This document shows positions 41,412 through 50,458 of a DNA stretch of 64,000 nucleotides, one piece after another. Positions within the stretch are counted from its first letter, which is position 1. Each line of letters opens with the position of its first letter. The stretch comes from Calditrichia bacterium. Lineage in GTDB: Bacteria; Calditrichota; Calditrichia; RBG-13-44-9; J075. The translations under genes and the position numbers were made by a program. Under the pieces are notes generated by a model. The model saw only the letters and a program-made list of their open reading frames with translations. It ran no database searches and had not been told where the DNA came from. The DNA lies in assembly GCA_050633245.1 (NCBI GenBank), contig JBOEGD010000009.1:64001-128000 (forward strand). The letters are read 5' to 3'.

Positions 41412-41693
41412 ATGTTAGCTGATCCAAATTTTCAAAGTATTCTGGCTGGCGCATTAATGGGAGGGTTTTGTGTGTTCGCAACAGTATTCGCTCGACTCAT
41501 TGTAAAGATCCTGGTCGGTGCTCTTATCGTGACTCTGTCTTTTGTAGGCTACAGCCAGGGAGTTGTAGGTCTAGAGAAGCTATTTAGTTCAATAGTGGCC
41601 AGCCTGTTGTATCACATTTATTTTTCTGGCGGGTTTGGATTTACACTGTTTGCACTCATTGCTCTTGGCTTTACTAACAAGTCAGATCCGTAA
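41412..41693 (+). CDS. Small 3-TM membrane protein
   Basis: AAGGAG RBS; almost entirely hydrophobic; followed by a hairpin. Confidence 0.7.
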   Translation: MLADPNFQSILAGALMGGFCVFATVFARLIVKILVGALIVTLSFVGYSQGVVGLEKLFSSIVASLLYHIYFSGGFGFTLFALIALGFTNKSDP

Positions 41694-41728
41694 CCATATC
41701 CCATAATCAGAATAAAGAGATTTCACTC

Positions 41729-41752
41729 AAAGGCTCGCTTTTACGAGCCTTT
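41729..41752. terminator. Rho-independent terminator-like hairpin
   Basis: AAAGGCTCG-ctttta-CGAGCCTTT. Confidence 0.6.
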
Positions 41753-42068
41753 AACATATTCAATCGATAAGCGTGAAACTCATTTAATAAAGTATTCTCC
41801 TGGATGTCTGATTCAAAAATCAGAATGGATGCAATCATTGTTGTAACGAAAAGTTAATACAAGAAGAGGGGGAACGTTCTATTTCTGAAGCTCACTTCCT
41901 GCATTATTGGGGAGTAATTAATAATAGTTCTGCAGCTCATAGATGTCAACCCTTTTCCCTCCACACATACTTTTTTGGTTTGAATTCGAGTTATCGGAAC
42001 ATTTTTTGACTCTCTTGAAATTCTTCAGTAAACTTGTCTAAGAATCTCCCTAGGCCCTATACCTCAAC

Positions 42069-42578
42069 TTGGTAGGTTTTATGATTATTAATGAGCTCGT
42101 AATCGGGATTATTGGCGGTCTAATCGCTTCTCTGATCGTAGGAACGACTCTTCTATTGTATAAAAAAATTATTTTCCCCAAAATCGAAGAGATTATGTAT
42201 AAAGGAGGCATCGATTTCAGCGGAGAATGGGAGTATTCTATAGAGGATAAAGATATAAAAGGGAATAAGGCCGTTCGAGATTTTTCACTCAATCTTGAGC
42301 AGCATGGGTTCAGGATATCTGGAAATTTTATTATTAACAATAAATTTGATGATGGGTCGAAAATCCTGTCTGTTTACAATGTTACTGGCATTGTTGCAAA
42401 TAATTTTATTACTGCACATTACCTTCCAAAGTCACGGAAACGTAATGGTGCTGGTACACTTCTACTAGAGATTGGCAAGGGTGGTAAAGAACTCTTGGGA
42501 ATTAATACAGGCGTAAGTGTTGAGACTGGGAAGGTGAAGATTCGAGATAACTTTATTCTTCTAAGGAAAGGATTTTAA
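42069..42578 (+). CDS. TM plus beta-barrel protein (Cap15/SMODS-associated beta-strand-rich-like, tentative)
   Basis: N-terminal TM (GIIGGLIASLIVG), DFSGEW lipocalin-like motif, alternating beta strands, GxGxL...LxG. Confidence 0.55.
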   Translation: MVGFMIINELVIGIIGGLIASLIVGTTLLLYKKIIFPKIEEIMYKGGIDFSGEWEYSIEDKDIKGNKAVRDFSLNLEQHGFRISGNFIINNKFDDGSKILSVYNVTGIVANNFITAHYLPKSRKRNGAGTLLLEIGKGGKELLGINTGVSVETGKVKIRDNFILLRKGF

Positions 42579-42626
42579 ACCTGCCATCTCCGAATATTGA
42601 TTCGTTCATCTTATTCCATTTGACTC

Positions 42627-43880
42627 TCACAACCTCCCCACCGGCGGCTTCTCCCGCGCCCCATCATCTGCCCGCAGCGCCTTGATGACTTGCTCCACTT
42701 GGGCCTCAAAGATTGAGTCATCGTTCTCCCAACCTCTAAAGTCTGCTGCCAGCCTCGATCGAACCTGCGTCTTCTTGGCGCTCTGCCAACCATTGCCCAG
42801 GTAGCCATCCAAATCCAGCGGAATAAGCGAGAGCACCTTCCTTTGGCGTTCCCGCATCAGCTTCTGCTCCTTATTGAAGGCCGTCTCAATCTCGTTGTCT
42901 ACCCACCAGCTGGTTAGCGACTGCTCAGTGCAGCAAAGCAAAACTTTGTCCCAGCCCCTGATACCACGATCGACCTGTTCAAAGATATCATCACCGGGCA
43001 GCATCTGCTTTTCATCCAACCAGCATCGAATGCCTTTGTCCTGGAGAGTGTCATGCAGCCGGCGGGCAAATTTCTTATTAGCGTGGCTATAGCTGATGAA
43101 GCAGGAGTAATACTGGACTGGGTTGGCGATACGTATTTGAGCAATCTTATAGGTAATATCTATCAACTGTCCATCAGACAAGTCTTTTTGGTAGAGCTTG
43201 GTAGCCTCTATTTCCCAATCAGAAAGGCCACATCCTTTGAGGAACTTCTCTGGTAGAACGCCACTTCTTGAGAATGTGCTGGTGTCCAACATGCTTGGCC
43301 CTTTATGTATACATGTTTCAAGGTTTTTGGTGTTTGAGAGGGCTATATTTAGAAGTTTTGTCTCATTCAAGATAGACTCATAGAGCGACGCGTTGCTTAA
43401 TTTAGAATAATGCAGGTTAGCCCAACTGAGGTCGGCCATACTGAGGTTGGCACTTTCAAGATTGATCCCTTTAAGATTGGCGCCACTAAGGCTGGCGTTT
43501 TTTAGATTAGCACTGCTGAAGTCAGCATCTTCGATGTTAGCCCAACCAAGGCTGGCGCCTTCAAGGTTTGCTAAAGAGAGATTAGCCTCGTCAAGATCGG
43601 CTGCGTGGAGACTGGCTTTTTCGAGGTTGGTTTTAACAAGGTTGCTCTCTACAAGTATGGTTTCCGTGAGCTTTGCTTTTTTTAGGTTACTCATACTAAG
43701 GTCGGCCCAGAGGAGGTTCGCTTCACTGAGATTGACGTCTTCGAAATTAACCTCTATCAGCTTGAACCTTGTGAGGTCAGCCTCTATAAGATCCGGCCTC
43801 ACATCTGGATTTTCCTCCCGCCACTTATTCCAAACCTCAACACCCTGCTTCAGAATGTCCAAATGCTCTGGATTCGCCAT
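42627..43880 (-). CDS. Pentapeptide-repeat plus TIR domain protein (copy 2)
   Basis: Same architecture as 34452-35585, with a nearly identical TIR domain and a longer repeat region. Confidence 0.9.
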   Translation of the reverse strand: MANPEHLDILKQGVEVWNKWREENPDVRPDLIEADLTRFKLIEVNFEDVNLSEANLLWADLSMSNLKKAKLTETILVESNLVKTNLEKASLHAADLDEANLSLANLEGASLGWANIEDADFSSANLKNASLSGANLKGINLESANLSMADLSWANLHYSKLSNASLYESILNETKLLNIALSNTKNLETCIHKGPSMLDTSTFSRSGVLPEKFLKGCGLSDWEIEATKLYQKDLSDGQLIDITYKIAQIRIANPVQYYSCFISYSHANKKFARRLHDTLQDKGIRCWLDEKQMLPGDDIFEQVDRGIRGWDKVLLCCTEQSLTSWWVDNEIETAFNKEQKLMRERQRKVLSLIPLDLDGYLGNGWQSAKKTQVRSRLAADFRGWENDDSIFEAQVEQVIKALRADDGAREKPPVGRL

Positions 43881-43969
43881 ACGCTGTTCCTTGGGGGAGT
43901 AATGTGATTGGATATCCTAATTATGGAGGCAGGGAGACCAAATGCAAATTATTTTTCGAAAGAATTAAG

Positions 43970-44321
43970 TTTACCATTAACCCGCAATCATAGGATAGAA
44001 CCGAACGCTCTCTCAAAAACATAAGAAATGTTAGCCCCCTTAAAGGACTCCTACTTTCTGTGGAAACTTGAAGAGTAGATCAGGCAATTTATTTATCATT
44101 ACTATCACCAGCGAAATCCTGAGGTAATGGATAATGTCATGCCGGAAAATGGGTATTATTGAAGAAAAAAATGGATTGTAAGCTGACGAGAGAAAATTAA
44201 ACCAGGGGAGAATTCGACTAAAGTAAGGCAACAAAAAAGACAACTGAAAAACTATTAACACATTCACTAACTGTCTCTTAGATTACTAATAATTCTACCC
44301 CATTTTTTTTGATGTCATTCA
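43970..44321 (+). pseudogene. Decayed IS3-like/rve transposase C-terminal remnant
   Basis: PQS*DRTER...KNIRNV / SYFLWKLEE*IRQFIYHYYHQRNPEVMDNVMP resembles the PQTQGKIER...YNHQRYHESLDNVTP consensus; contains stops and frameshifts. Confidence 0.5.
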
Positions 44322-44387
44322 ACGTTCACTGGCATCCTGGGTGTTTTGTAAGATATAATTATTGTCCATTCCCGATCGGCAGGATTT

Positions 44388-46610
44388 GTGAATATGTGCA
44401 AACACACCTATACCAGCGATAGTGGAAAAGAGTCTCATTCCATGGGCAACCAATGCCCCCATCCAGAATATTACAAAAAAGGTCATGCAACCGCCATAAG
44501 CGAATCAGTAGATGGTCTGGTACCTGTTCTTCCAATAGATAGTAATGGGGTCTGCCTCTTCCATAGTAAGGATGTCATCTGGAAACGCAAGAACGGTTTC
44601 AAGCAAATTTTTCTTCAACTTGTGCAGTTCCTCAATAATGACAGCATCTTAAAATGTTGTGATTTTCGAGAGTTTGTATTTGTCGGCGATGAGCTTACAA
44701 TCAAAAATAATATCGAAGACTATGTACTCCAAATTACGAATACAGTATTCCAGAAACCGGTGTACTTCACGGGCGCATCCTTTATCGATTCATTCGAGCT
44801 TAACGATGTCAGTTTCCAGGATGGTGCCACGTTTCGCAGTACAACCTTCACCCAAGACCTGCAAATAATAAATACTCGCTTCTTTGGGCTCGAGTTTAGC
44901 AACACGACGTTTATGCAGATCGCCTACTTCATTAAGGTAGAGTTCCTGAGCTACGCTCTATTCATAAACAATCGGTTTACCGGAAAGACAGGCGTGTATA
45001 CGGTCAAGTTCGTGGACTCGTGTTTTCGGGGAATAACCGACTTCTCTGGCTCAGCCTTCACTTTGGGAGGTGAATCGACAGTTGGCTTTATAAAAGTTCA
45101 GTTTGAAGATTTCACGGATTTTGGGCGTACCCAGTTCCACTGCCAGGTCATCTTCAACGAAGTATCCTTCGCATTTAACACTGAGTTCATTGATACTTCG
45201 TTCGAAACGGTTAGCTCCTCAGCGCGTTACCGCGGAGCTGCTGTCGAGTTCAAACAAATCGAAGTTATGAAGAATGTAATCCTCACTTTCAAAAGTACGG
45301 ATCCCCAGAAAAGGCTGTTCTCCCATAATGTTCAATTTAGCTTTAAAGAAAAGCTGGATGGGATTATTCGGTTTGAGAACGTTAACTTCAGCCACATCGA
45401 TTCGGCTTCTAAGGATCGGTTAGTGCGGCTTGCAAAGTCAGGGAATGTCGAGATTGGGACAGGGTGCATAAAGTATCGTTTTCAAACCGACATTCGAACG
45501 GTCGCTGTGAGTCATGACAATGCTCCACTTGTTTTGGAGCTCTGCCAGACATTCACCAACTACTTCACGGTGAGCAACGGCCTCAATTTGGGCTTTGAAA
45601 TCGTTGCGCGTGACGAAGCGAAAGTAAGCTTTTTCTACTTTACTGACGAAAACATTTCAGAAGCCACCTTTCACGCACGCCTGGCGCATACGGAACAAAG
45701 TTTGTGGAATCTGCTTAGATATCGTTCCGATGAGCAGCTCAAAGCCTTGGAAGCAGCGTCAGCAACGGCAAAGCCCTCTATCCGGGAAAACGCGATCATT
45801 AACGCAGTCGACGGTATCTCGGCACTTCTCGGCACATTCTTCCGTGTAGGAATGAGAATCGCCTTGGGAACCTGGAAAGAGGCTGACACAAAAGCACTCT
45901 TGGGTGCCGTTCAATTTAATAGCGATGGTGCCGAGAACCGCGCACTGAGCTTGCATCGAGTCTTCACAGAAAATTACACCGCAACTACGCTCTTAGATAT
46001 CAACCGTCAGCAAAACCGGCTATTGTCCCCAATGGTTATGGATAGTCGCTACATGGACACTCCCAAGAAGGTCAAAATTCTTTTTTTGGGTGCCAATTCC
46101 TCGAGTTCACCACTGGGCCTTGACTTAGAAGTCAAGCAGCTACAAACCAACCTGAAGCTTGCCAAGGAGCGCGACACCTTAGAGTTTAGCCAAGAGTGGG
46201 CTATAACTGTCGATTCGTTAATGCAGGCGATGCTTGATGAATCACCGACGATCGTTCATTTCTCGGGCCATGGCAACGAATCGGGTATTATTCTTCAGGA
46301 TGGAATGGGCGAACCCAAGGTCGTGTCGACAGACGCCTTATCTAACATGTTCAAACTCTTTAAGGATAGACTTCAATGCGTTGTACTGAACTCATGTTAC
46401 TCAAAGCCTCAGGCACAGGCGATCCGGATGCATATCCCACATGTCATCGGCATGAGTTCAAGTATTCCTGATCCGGCGGCAATTGCATTTTCCACGGGAT
46501 TCTACAAGGCTGTAGGGGCGGGAAAGGATATCCCATTTGCGTTTGATCTGGGAAAAGCGGCCATTCAATTGGAAGGTATTTCCGGTGAAAACATCCCTGT
46601 CTTACTATAA
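44388..46610 (+). CDS. Pentapeptide-like (F-rich beta-helix) protein with C-terminal CHAT caspase-like protease domain
   Basis: CLFH N-cap; xxFxxxxF repeats; KILFLGAN...IVHFSGHG...VVLNSCYS (His/Cys dyad)...FSTGFY. Confidence 0.85.
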   Translation: MNMCKHTYTSDSGKESHSMGNQCPHPEYYKKGHATAISESVDGLVPVLPIDSNGVCLFHSKDVIWKRKNGFKQIFLQLVQFLNNDSILKCCDFREFVFVGDELTIKNNIEDYVLQITNTVFQKPVYFTGASFIDSFELNDVSFQDGATFRSTTFTQDLQIINTRFFGLEFSNTTFMQIAYFIKVEFLSYALFINNRFTGKTGVYTVKFVDSCFRGITDFSGSAFTLGGESTVGFIKVQFEDFTDFGRTQFHCQVIFNEVSFAFNTEFIDTSFETVSSSARYRGAAVEFKQIEVMKNVILTFKSTDPQKRLFSHNVQFSFKEKLDGIIRFENVNFSHIDSASKDRLVRLAKSGNVEIGTGCIKYRFQTDIRTVAVSHDNAPLVLELCQTFTNYFTVSNGLNLGFEIVARDEAKVSFFYFTDENISEATFHARLAHTEQSLWNLLRYRSDEQLKALEAASATAKPSIRENAIINAVDGISALLGTFFRVGMRIALGTWKEADTKALLGAVQFNSDGAENRALSLHRVFTENYTATTLLDINRQQNRLLSPMVMDSRYMDTPKKVKILFLGANSSSSPLGLDLEVKQLQTNLKLAKERDTLEFSQEWAITVDSLMQAMLDESPTIVHFSGHGNESGIILQDGMGEPKVVSTDALSNMFKLFKDRLQCVVLNSCYSKPQAQAIRMHIPHVIGMSSSIPDPAAIAFSTGFYKAVGAGKDIPFAFDLGKAAIQLEGISGENIPVLL

Positions 46611-47100
46611 CTATAAAGAAGCAATTGAAAAGCATCTTGTTTTATAAGGTCACAAAAGGATAGAGAAGCCATTCAAAAATTAGTCAGAACATACGAAGAA
46701 GAATCCTGGATTACGTGATTCGAGGTGGCTTGATTAGAATCTTTGAAATTGGTTCGCGTCTTTTGGAATAAGTTAGGAAAAGTGTTGTGCGCATGGATAA
46801 TTATGAGAAAAAATCATTCCGTCAAATCAATGGAGCTCCTCTAAAACTACGATCCCGTTTAAGTTGCACTTTGAGCTTGACTCTCCTCCGCCATCCAGCC
46901 AAAAATATGTCATCAAATTTTAGTAGGAGCGGGATTCATTCGGTATTTTCTGTGCCTTGCCCCACGCACGACAATGAATCGGAATGCGAATAAAATATTC
47001 CTGCACATCTATTAGAAGGGTTCAAAACCAGTGAAACTTTACGCAACCGTCACCTGGTTTTGAACGACTCAAGAATAAATCTGATGATGTAAAACTATAA

Positions 47101-48093
47101 TCATAATAACGCCATTTCACGATTATATTTGCGCCGATACTCCAAAGGAGATAATCCGGTAAATTTTTTAAACGTTTTTCTAAAGGCTCTGTCGTCATTG
47201 TATCCAACGCTATACATAACATCAGAAACATTTAAAGTTGAGGATTCCAGGCTCCTTTTCGCAGATTCCACCTTTACTCGCTGTATGTATTCCAAAGGGG
47301 TATTGTAAGTAGCTTTTTTGAATCTCCTTACAAAGTTTCTTCTACTGATTGCAAATGTATTGGCTAATTCTTCGATACTTAGTTTTTTTTGAAAATTCTT
47401 TTCTATATATAGTTGCGCTTCTTTTATCGGCTCATCTGAATGATCTTTCTGTCCATTAAAGATTATAAAGTGGCTCTGATCGCTGCGCTCATAATCTATT
47501 TCCGACACTTTGGCACACCAAATAGCTGATTCTCTTCCATAATACTTCTCAACCAGATAAATCAATAGATTCAGAAATGAATAGGCACCACCACTCGAAT
47601 AGATCCCATTATCTTCGGTGATGATTTTCTCAGCTAAAAGATTTACTTGTGGAAACCTCTTAATAAAGGCTTGATGGACCGTCCAATGAGTGGCACAGGA
47701 TTTACCATTCAATAAACCTGTCTCAGCCAATAAAAACGCCCCTTTACACAAGCTGGCAACCTTCGCACCATTCTCAATTCGCTGCTTTTTTATCCAATTG
47801 ATAAATGGTGAATTTCTTACAAGTGCTTTTTCCAGATCGCCACTAATCCCGGATATTACTATCAGATCCGTTTTAACGACTTGATCAATACTTTTTGTAG
47901 GGGTCACCTGAAAGGCCCCGTTAAAACAGGATGCCTCCTTTGTTAAGCCGACCAAATCTATCTTGTATTTGTCCTCTTGCAGCTGACCGGTATTTCTTAA
48001 GTAAGCATTGGCCATCCTAAACATATTTAGTGACCCGGTAATAGTTTCCAGTATTGCGTCTCCCCGTGGAACCAGAATACTTATATGTTTCAT
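47101..48093 (-). CDS. GlxA-family AraC regulator (DJ-1/PfpI plus HTH)
   Basis: SLCKGAFLLAETGLLNGKSCATHW, SRRNFVRRFK and VGYND...FKKFTGLSPLEYR motifs. Confidence 0.92.
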   Translation of the reverse strand: MKHISILVPRGDAILETITGSLNMFRMANAYLRNTGQLQEDKYKIDLVGLTKEASCFNGAFQVTPTKSIDQVVKTDLIVISGISGDLEKALVRNSPFINWIKKQRIENGAKVASLCKGAFLLAETGLLNGKSCATHWTVHQAFIKRFPQVNLLAEKIITEDNGIYSSGGAYSFLNLLIYLVEKYYGRESAIWCAKVSEIDYERSDQSHFIIFNGQKDHSDEPIKEAQLYIEKNFQKKLSIEELANTFAISRRNFVRRFKKATYNTPLEYIQRVKVESAKRSLESSTLNVSDVMYSVGYNDDRAFRKTFKKFTGLSPLEYRRKYNREMALL

Positions 48094-48232
48094 GTGCTGA
48101 ACCTTTCTGTTTTGCAAAGATAAGCAAAGAATTTGGCACAAACAACCCCGCAAGGTGTCGCAAATCACCCTTTCCATAGAGATGTTTGGGCCATAATATT
48201 AATCAACATTAATTATCACTAAAGGAGATACA

Positions 48233-48619
48233 ATGAAGAATCAAGAAATTATGGTGTTCTATAAGTGGACTGCCAAGCATGGAAAATTGGACGAGCTGAA
48301 AACGATTTATAGTGATGTTCTGAAAGCAATGAAGGATGGTGAACCGGGAACTCTTAAAATGGATTGCTACTTTGCGGATGAAGAAAACGCGATATACGTA
48401 CACGACCTCTTTAAAGATGGCGCTGCCTTAGGTGCGCATCTCGGTGGTACCGCTGCTCACCACTTTCCCAAACTCGCTGAAATCGCATTACCCGGTCCTT
48501 TTTTCTTCTGCGGCGATGTTCCCGAAGAATTGATGCAGGCGGCAATTGGAATGAACATGGGTGCTGAATTTGGCAAGCATGCTTTTGGATTTGAACGAAG
48601 CGCTTCTCAGTCAGGTTAA
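48233..48619 (+). CDS. ABM-like (dimeric alpha/beta barrel) protein
   Basis: AAGGAG RBS; EPGTL...Y...F.D..A...H pattern; divergent from the AraC gene. Confidence 0.7.
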   Translation: MKNQEIMVFYKWTAKHGKLDELKTIYSDVLKAMKDGEPGTLKMDCYFADEENAIYVHDLFKDGAALGAHLGGTAAHHFPKLAEIALPGPFFFCGDVPEELMQAAIGMNMGAEFGKHAFGFERSASQSG

Positions 48620-48733
48620 TCCCAATGGATTTAACAAAATAATAGTGACCTGATTGTAGCTTTCGAAAGAATTGCGTCGGAGAAACGCTCACCAGCCCCT
48701 CAATTTGACAGCTTCAAAGCCACCATAATAATG

Positions 48734-48777
48734 ACAAAGCCCGGTAAGATAATCGGTTTTATCTTACCGGGCTTTGT
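48734..48777 (-). terminator. Long hairpin immediately 3' of the tRNA
   Basis: 19-bp perfect inverted repeat acaaagcccggtaagataa/ttatcttaccgggctttgt. Confidence 0.7.
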
Positions 48778-48860
48778 ACCGGGAGCGGGACTCGAACCCG
48801 CACATAGTTGCCTATACTGGATTTTGAATCCAGCGCGTCTACCAATTCCGCCATCCCGGC
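48777..48860 (-). tRNA. tRNA-Leu(CAA)
   Basis: Reverse complement gccgggatggcggaattggtagacgcgctgga-ttCAAaa-tccag...gcgggttcgagtcccgctcccggta; long variable arm; CCA not encoded. Confidence 0.96.
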
Positions 48861-48970
48861 ATGTAATGGGACGAAAAAATACGCAAGATATGAGTGGAAG
48901 TCAAGCTGAAATAGCTGAATACAGGTGCCAATTCATTACACCTGTGCAGGCGATCCGAAGGAAAAAGAGT

Positions 48971-49282
48971 TTAAAGAAGATCGACACTCTCTTTTTGCAA
49001 TTTAAGGCCGAAAAGAATCCTCTCAACCGGTTCCTCTAATGCTACGGCAAACTTTGCTATTGAAAGAAGCGTCATATTTGCATTACCACGAAGGACCTTT
49101 GTAATATAGGCATTGGATGTTTGCATTCTGGTTGCCAGTGCGGTTCGATTGAGCCCCTTTTGATCCATAATCTGGCAGATAGATTCCGTGATATCCATAG
49201 CCATACCTTCCGCCAGATATTCAGGATCAAATTGCAGTTCTTTATCGAGCCTGTTCAAGCTTTTCTTTAGTGACATCTTCAT
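48971..49282 (-). CDS. XRE-family HTH antitoxin (HigA-like)
   Basis: GLNRTALATRMQTSNAYITKVLRGNANMTL HTH; directly downstream of the toxin gene. Confidence 0.8.
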   Translation of the reverse strand: MKMSLKKSLNRLDKELQFDPEYLAEGMAMDITESICQIMDQKGLNRTALATRMQTSNAYITKVLRGNANMTLLSIAKFAVALEEPVERILFGLKLQKESVDLL

Positions 49283-49712
49283 TCTCCAACAGCATTTTTA
49301 CAAAATCGCTTCCCTTTTGATAAGCCGCCCGCGTTTGTTTCCGAGCTTTGTCAGAGCGCTTTTCAAAACCGTTGAGCAAGATAAGACAGTCTTCATAAGG
49401 GCAACATAGGATACGGCAACCCGGGTTGTGCAGCTTAATCTCCCAAACCCCATAGCTTGCCAAATATTTTAGTAATTCTCTGTTAGTGGTTTCAAATCCA
49501 TAATTATCTGCTATGCGGACAATCCTCACAAGAATGCGTTTTTTCGCTTTTTCATCCAGCTGAGTTAAAAAGTCTTGAAAAGTATTCCGATGGTTCACCA
49601 CAAGCGAAACAACCTTAAAGAGCTGAAATCGCCCTTCTATTTCAAAGAAGTAGCTATGTGACAAATTATTTAACCCACAGGTTAAAATACTCGCCCACTT
49701 AACCGGAAGCAA
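49242..49712 (-). CDS. RelE/ParE-like (Gp49/HigB) toxin; start uncertain
   Basis: FLTQLD...GVWEIK...RIL...ILLNGFEKRSDK pattern. Confidence 0.72.
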   Translation of the reverse strand: MLPVKWASILTCGLNNLSHSYFFEIEGRFQLFKVVSLVVNHRNTFQDFLTQLDEKAKKRILVRIVRIADNYGFETTNRELLKYLASYGVWEIKLHNPGCRILCCPYEDCLILLNGFEKRSDKARKQTRAAYQKGSDFVKMLLENEDVTKEKLEQAR

Positions 49713-49777
49713 GTCATAATATTCAGATCGGGGGTTTACTATTCTATTCGCGATTGAAAGGAGATTTTGGGAGTTTT

Positions 49778-50443
49778 CTACAGAAATTTTTTAACAACGC
49801 GCCAATCTTTCAGCATCTGTTCAAAGCTTCGATGGGTATTTTGCACGGTTCGGCTGGGATGATAGAGAGGAATAATTACGCTATTAGCATTCAAGAAAAC
49901 TGGTTTACCTGCTATCTCTGACATATTGAGACTCATTTTAACATTATAGCAGCGCAAAACAGACTGTATAGCTTTCTTACCTATGCCGAGAACGACTCGT
50001 GGTGAAACAATATCAATCGTCTGGCGCAAAAATGGCTGACAATTTTTATAACAGGCTGCGGGAATATATTGCTGCCGACGACTCTTCCCCTTTACTCCCT
50101 TCTTCATGCAAAGGACCGCATTTGTAAAGAATACTTTATCATTGGGAGCCCCGAGCTGCGGGACTTCAAGATCAATACCAATGCTTTCAAACAGCTTAAT
50201 CAGGGTAAGATTTGTTCCAACATTGTATCCGGCCCAACCTTTAAAAGTGCGAAAACCGGCGACGTCGGCAAAATCTTGCCCTACCAAAACAATCGGCGAA
50301 TCTAGGTTGTCCTGCCAATTGCTATAAGCGCCAATGCGATCCGTATCATAACGGCCATCATCGATTTGGCTGGCATTGGTGAGAATTCCAGCACAATGAT
50401 TGCAGGATCTGCGGGCGGTTGCAAGAGAAGCGTAGGAAGGCAT
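49778..50443 (-). CDS. Uracil-DNA glycosylase superfamily protein
   Basis: CxxC, LVGQD, FFTNAVLC, C..FL...I..V.P and LYHPS motifs. Confidence 0.85.
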   Translation of the reverse strand: MPSYASLATARRSCNHCAGILTNASQIDDGRYDTDRIGAYSNWQDNLDSPIVLVGQDFADVAGFRTFKGWAGYNVGTNLTLIKLFESIGIDLEVPQLGAPNDKVFFTNAVLCMKKGVKGKSRRQQYIPAACYKNCQPFLRQTIDIVSPRVVLGIGKKAIQSVLRCYNVKMSLNMSEIAGKPVFLNANSVIIPLYHPSRTVQNTHRSFEQMLKDWRVVKKFL

Positions 50444-50458
50444 TTTTATCTTGCCTTT

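Larger units (their letters stand above)
30873..48860. mobile_element. Decayed genomic island integrated at tRNA-Leu(CAA), defence/conflict cargo
   Basis: Intact tRNA at one end and its displaced 3' fragment plus an integrase remnant at the other; AT-rich accessory genes; RuvC-like and IS remnants. Confidence 0.7.

Noticed and set aside
41706-41904. Minus-strand reading frame MQEVSFRN... behind a strong TTGACA/TATTAT promoter
   Set aside because: Internal stop after 16 codons and no recognisable homology. It may be a decayed gene or sRNA but cannot be supported.
34452-43880. Diversity-generating retroelement explanation for the duplicated TIR genes
   Set aside because: No reverse transcriptase in the window. 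Both copies are full genes, and by eye the differences are not confined to adenines.
22963-46610. Qnr/MfpA quinolone-resistance annotation for the pentapeptide genes
   Set aside because: All are fused to TIR, CHAT or TM domains rather than being ~200-aa stand-alone repeats.
31400-46700. Integron cassette array
   Set aside because: Genes lie in both orientations with their own promoters. I found no attC-like RYYYAAC...GTTRRRY pairs and no IntI.
48731-49039. 102-aa plus-strand ORF
   Set aside because: Overlaps the tRNA-Leu gene and its terminator on the opposite strand; a typical tRNA shadow ORF.
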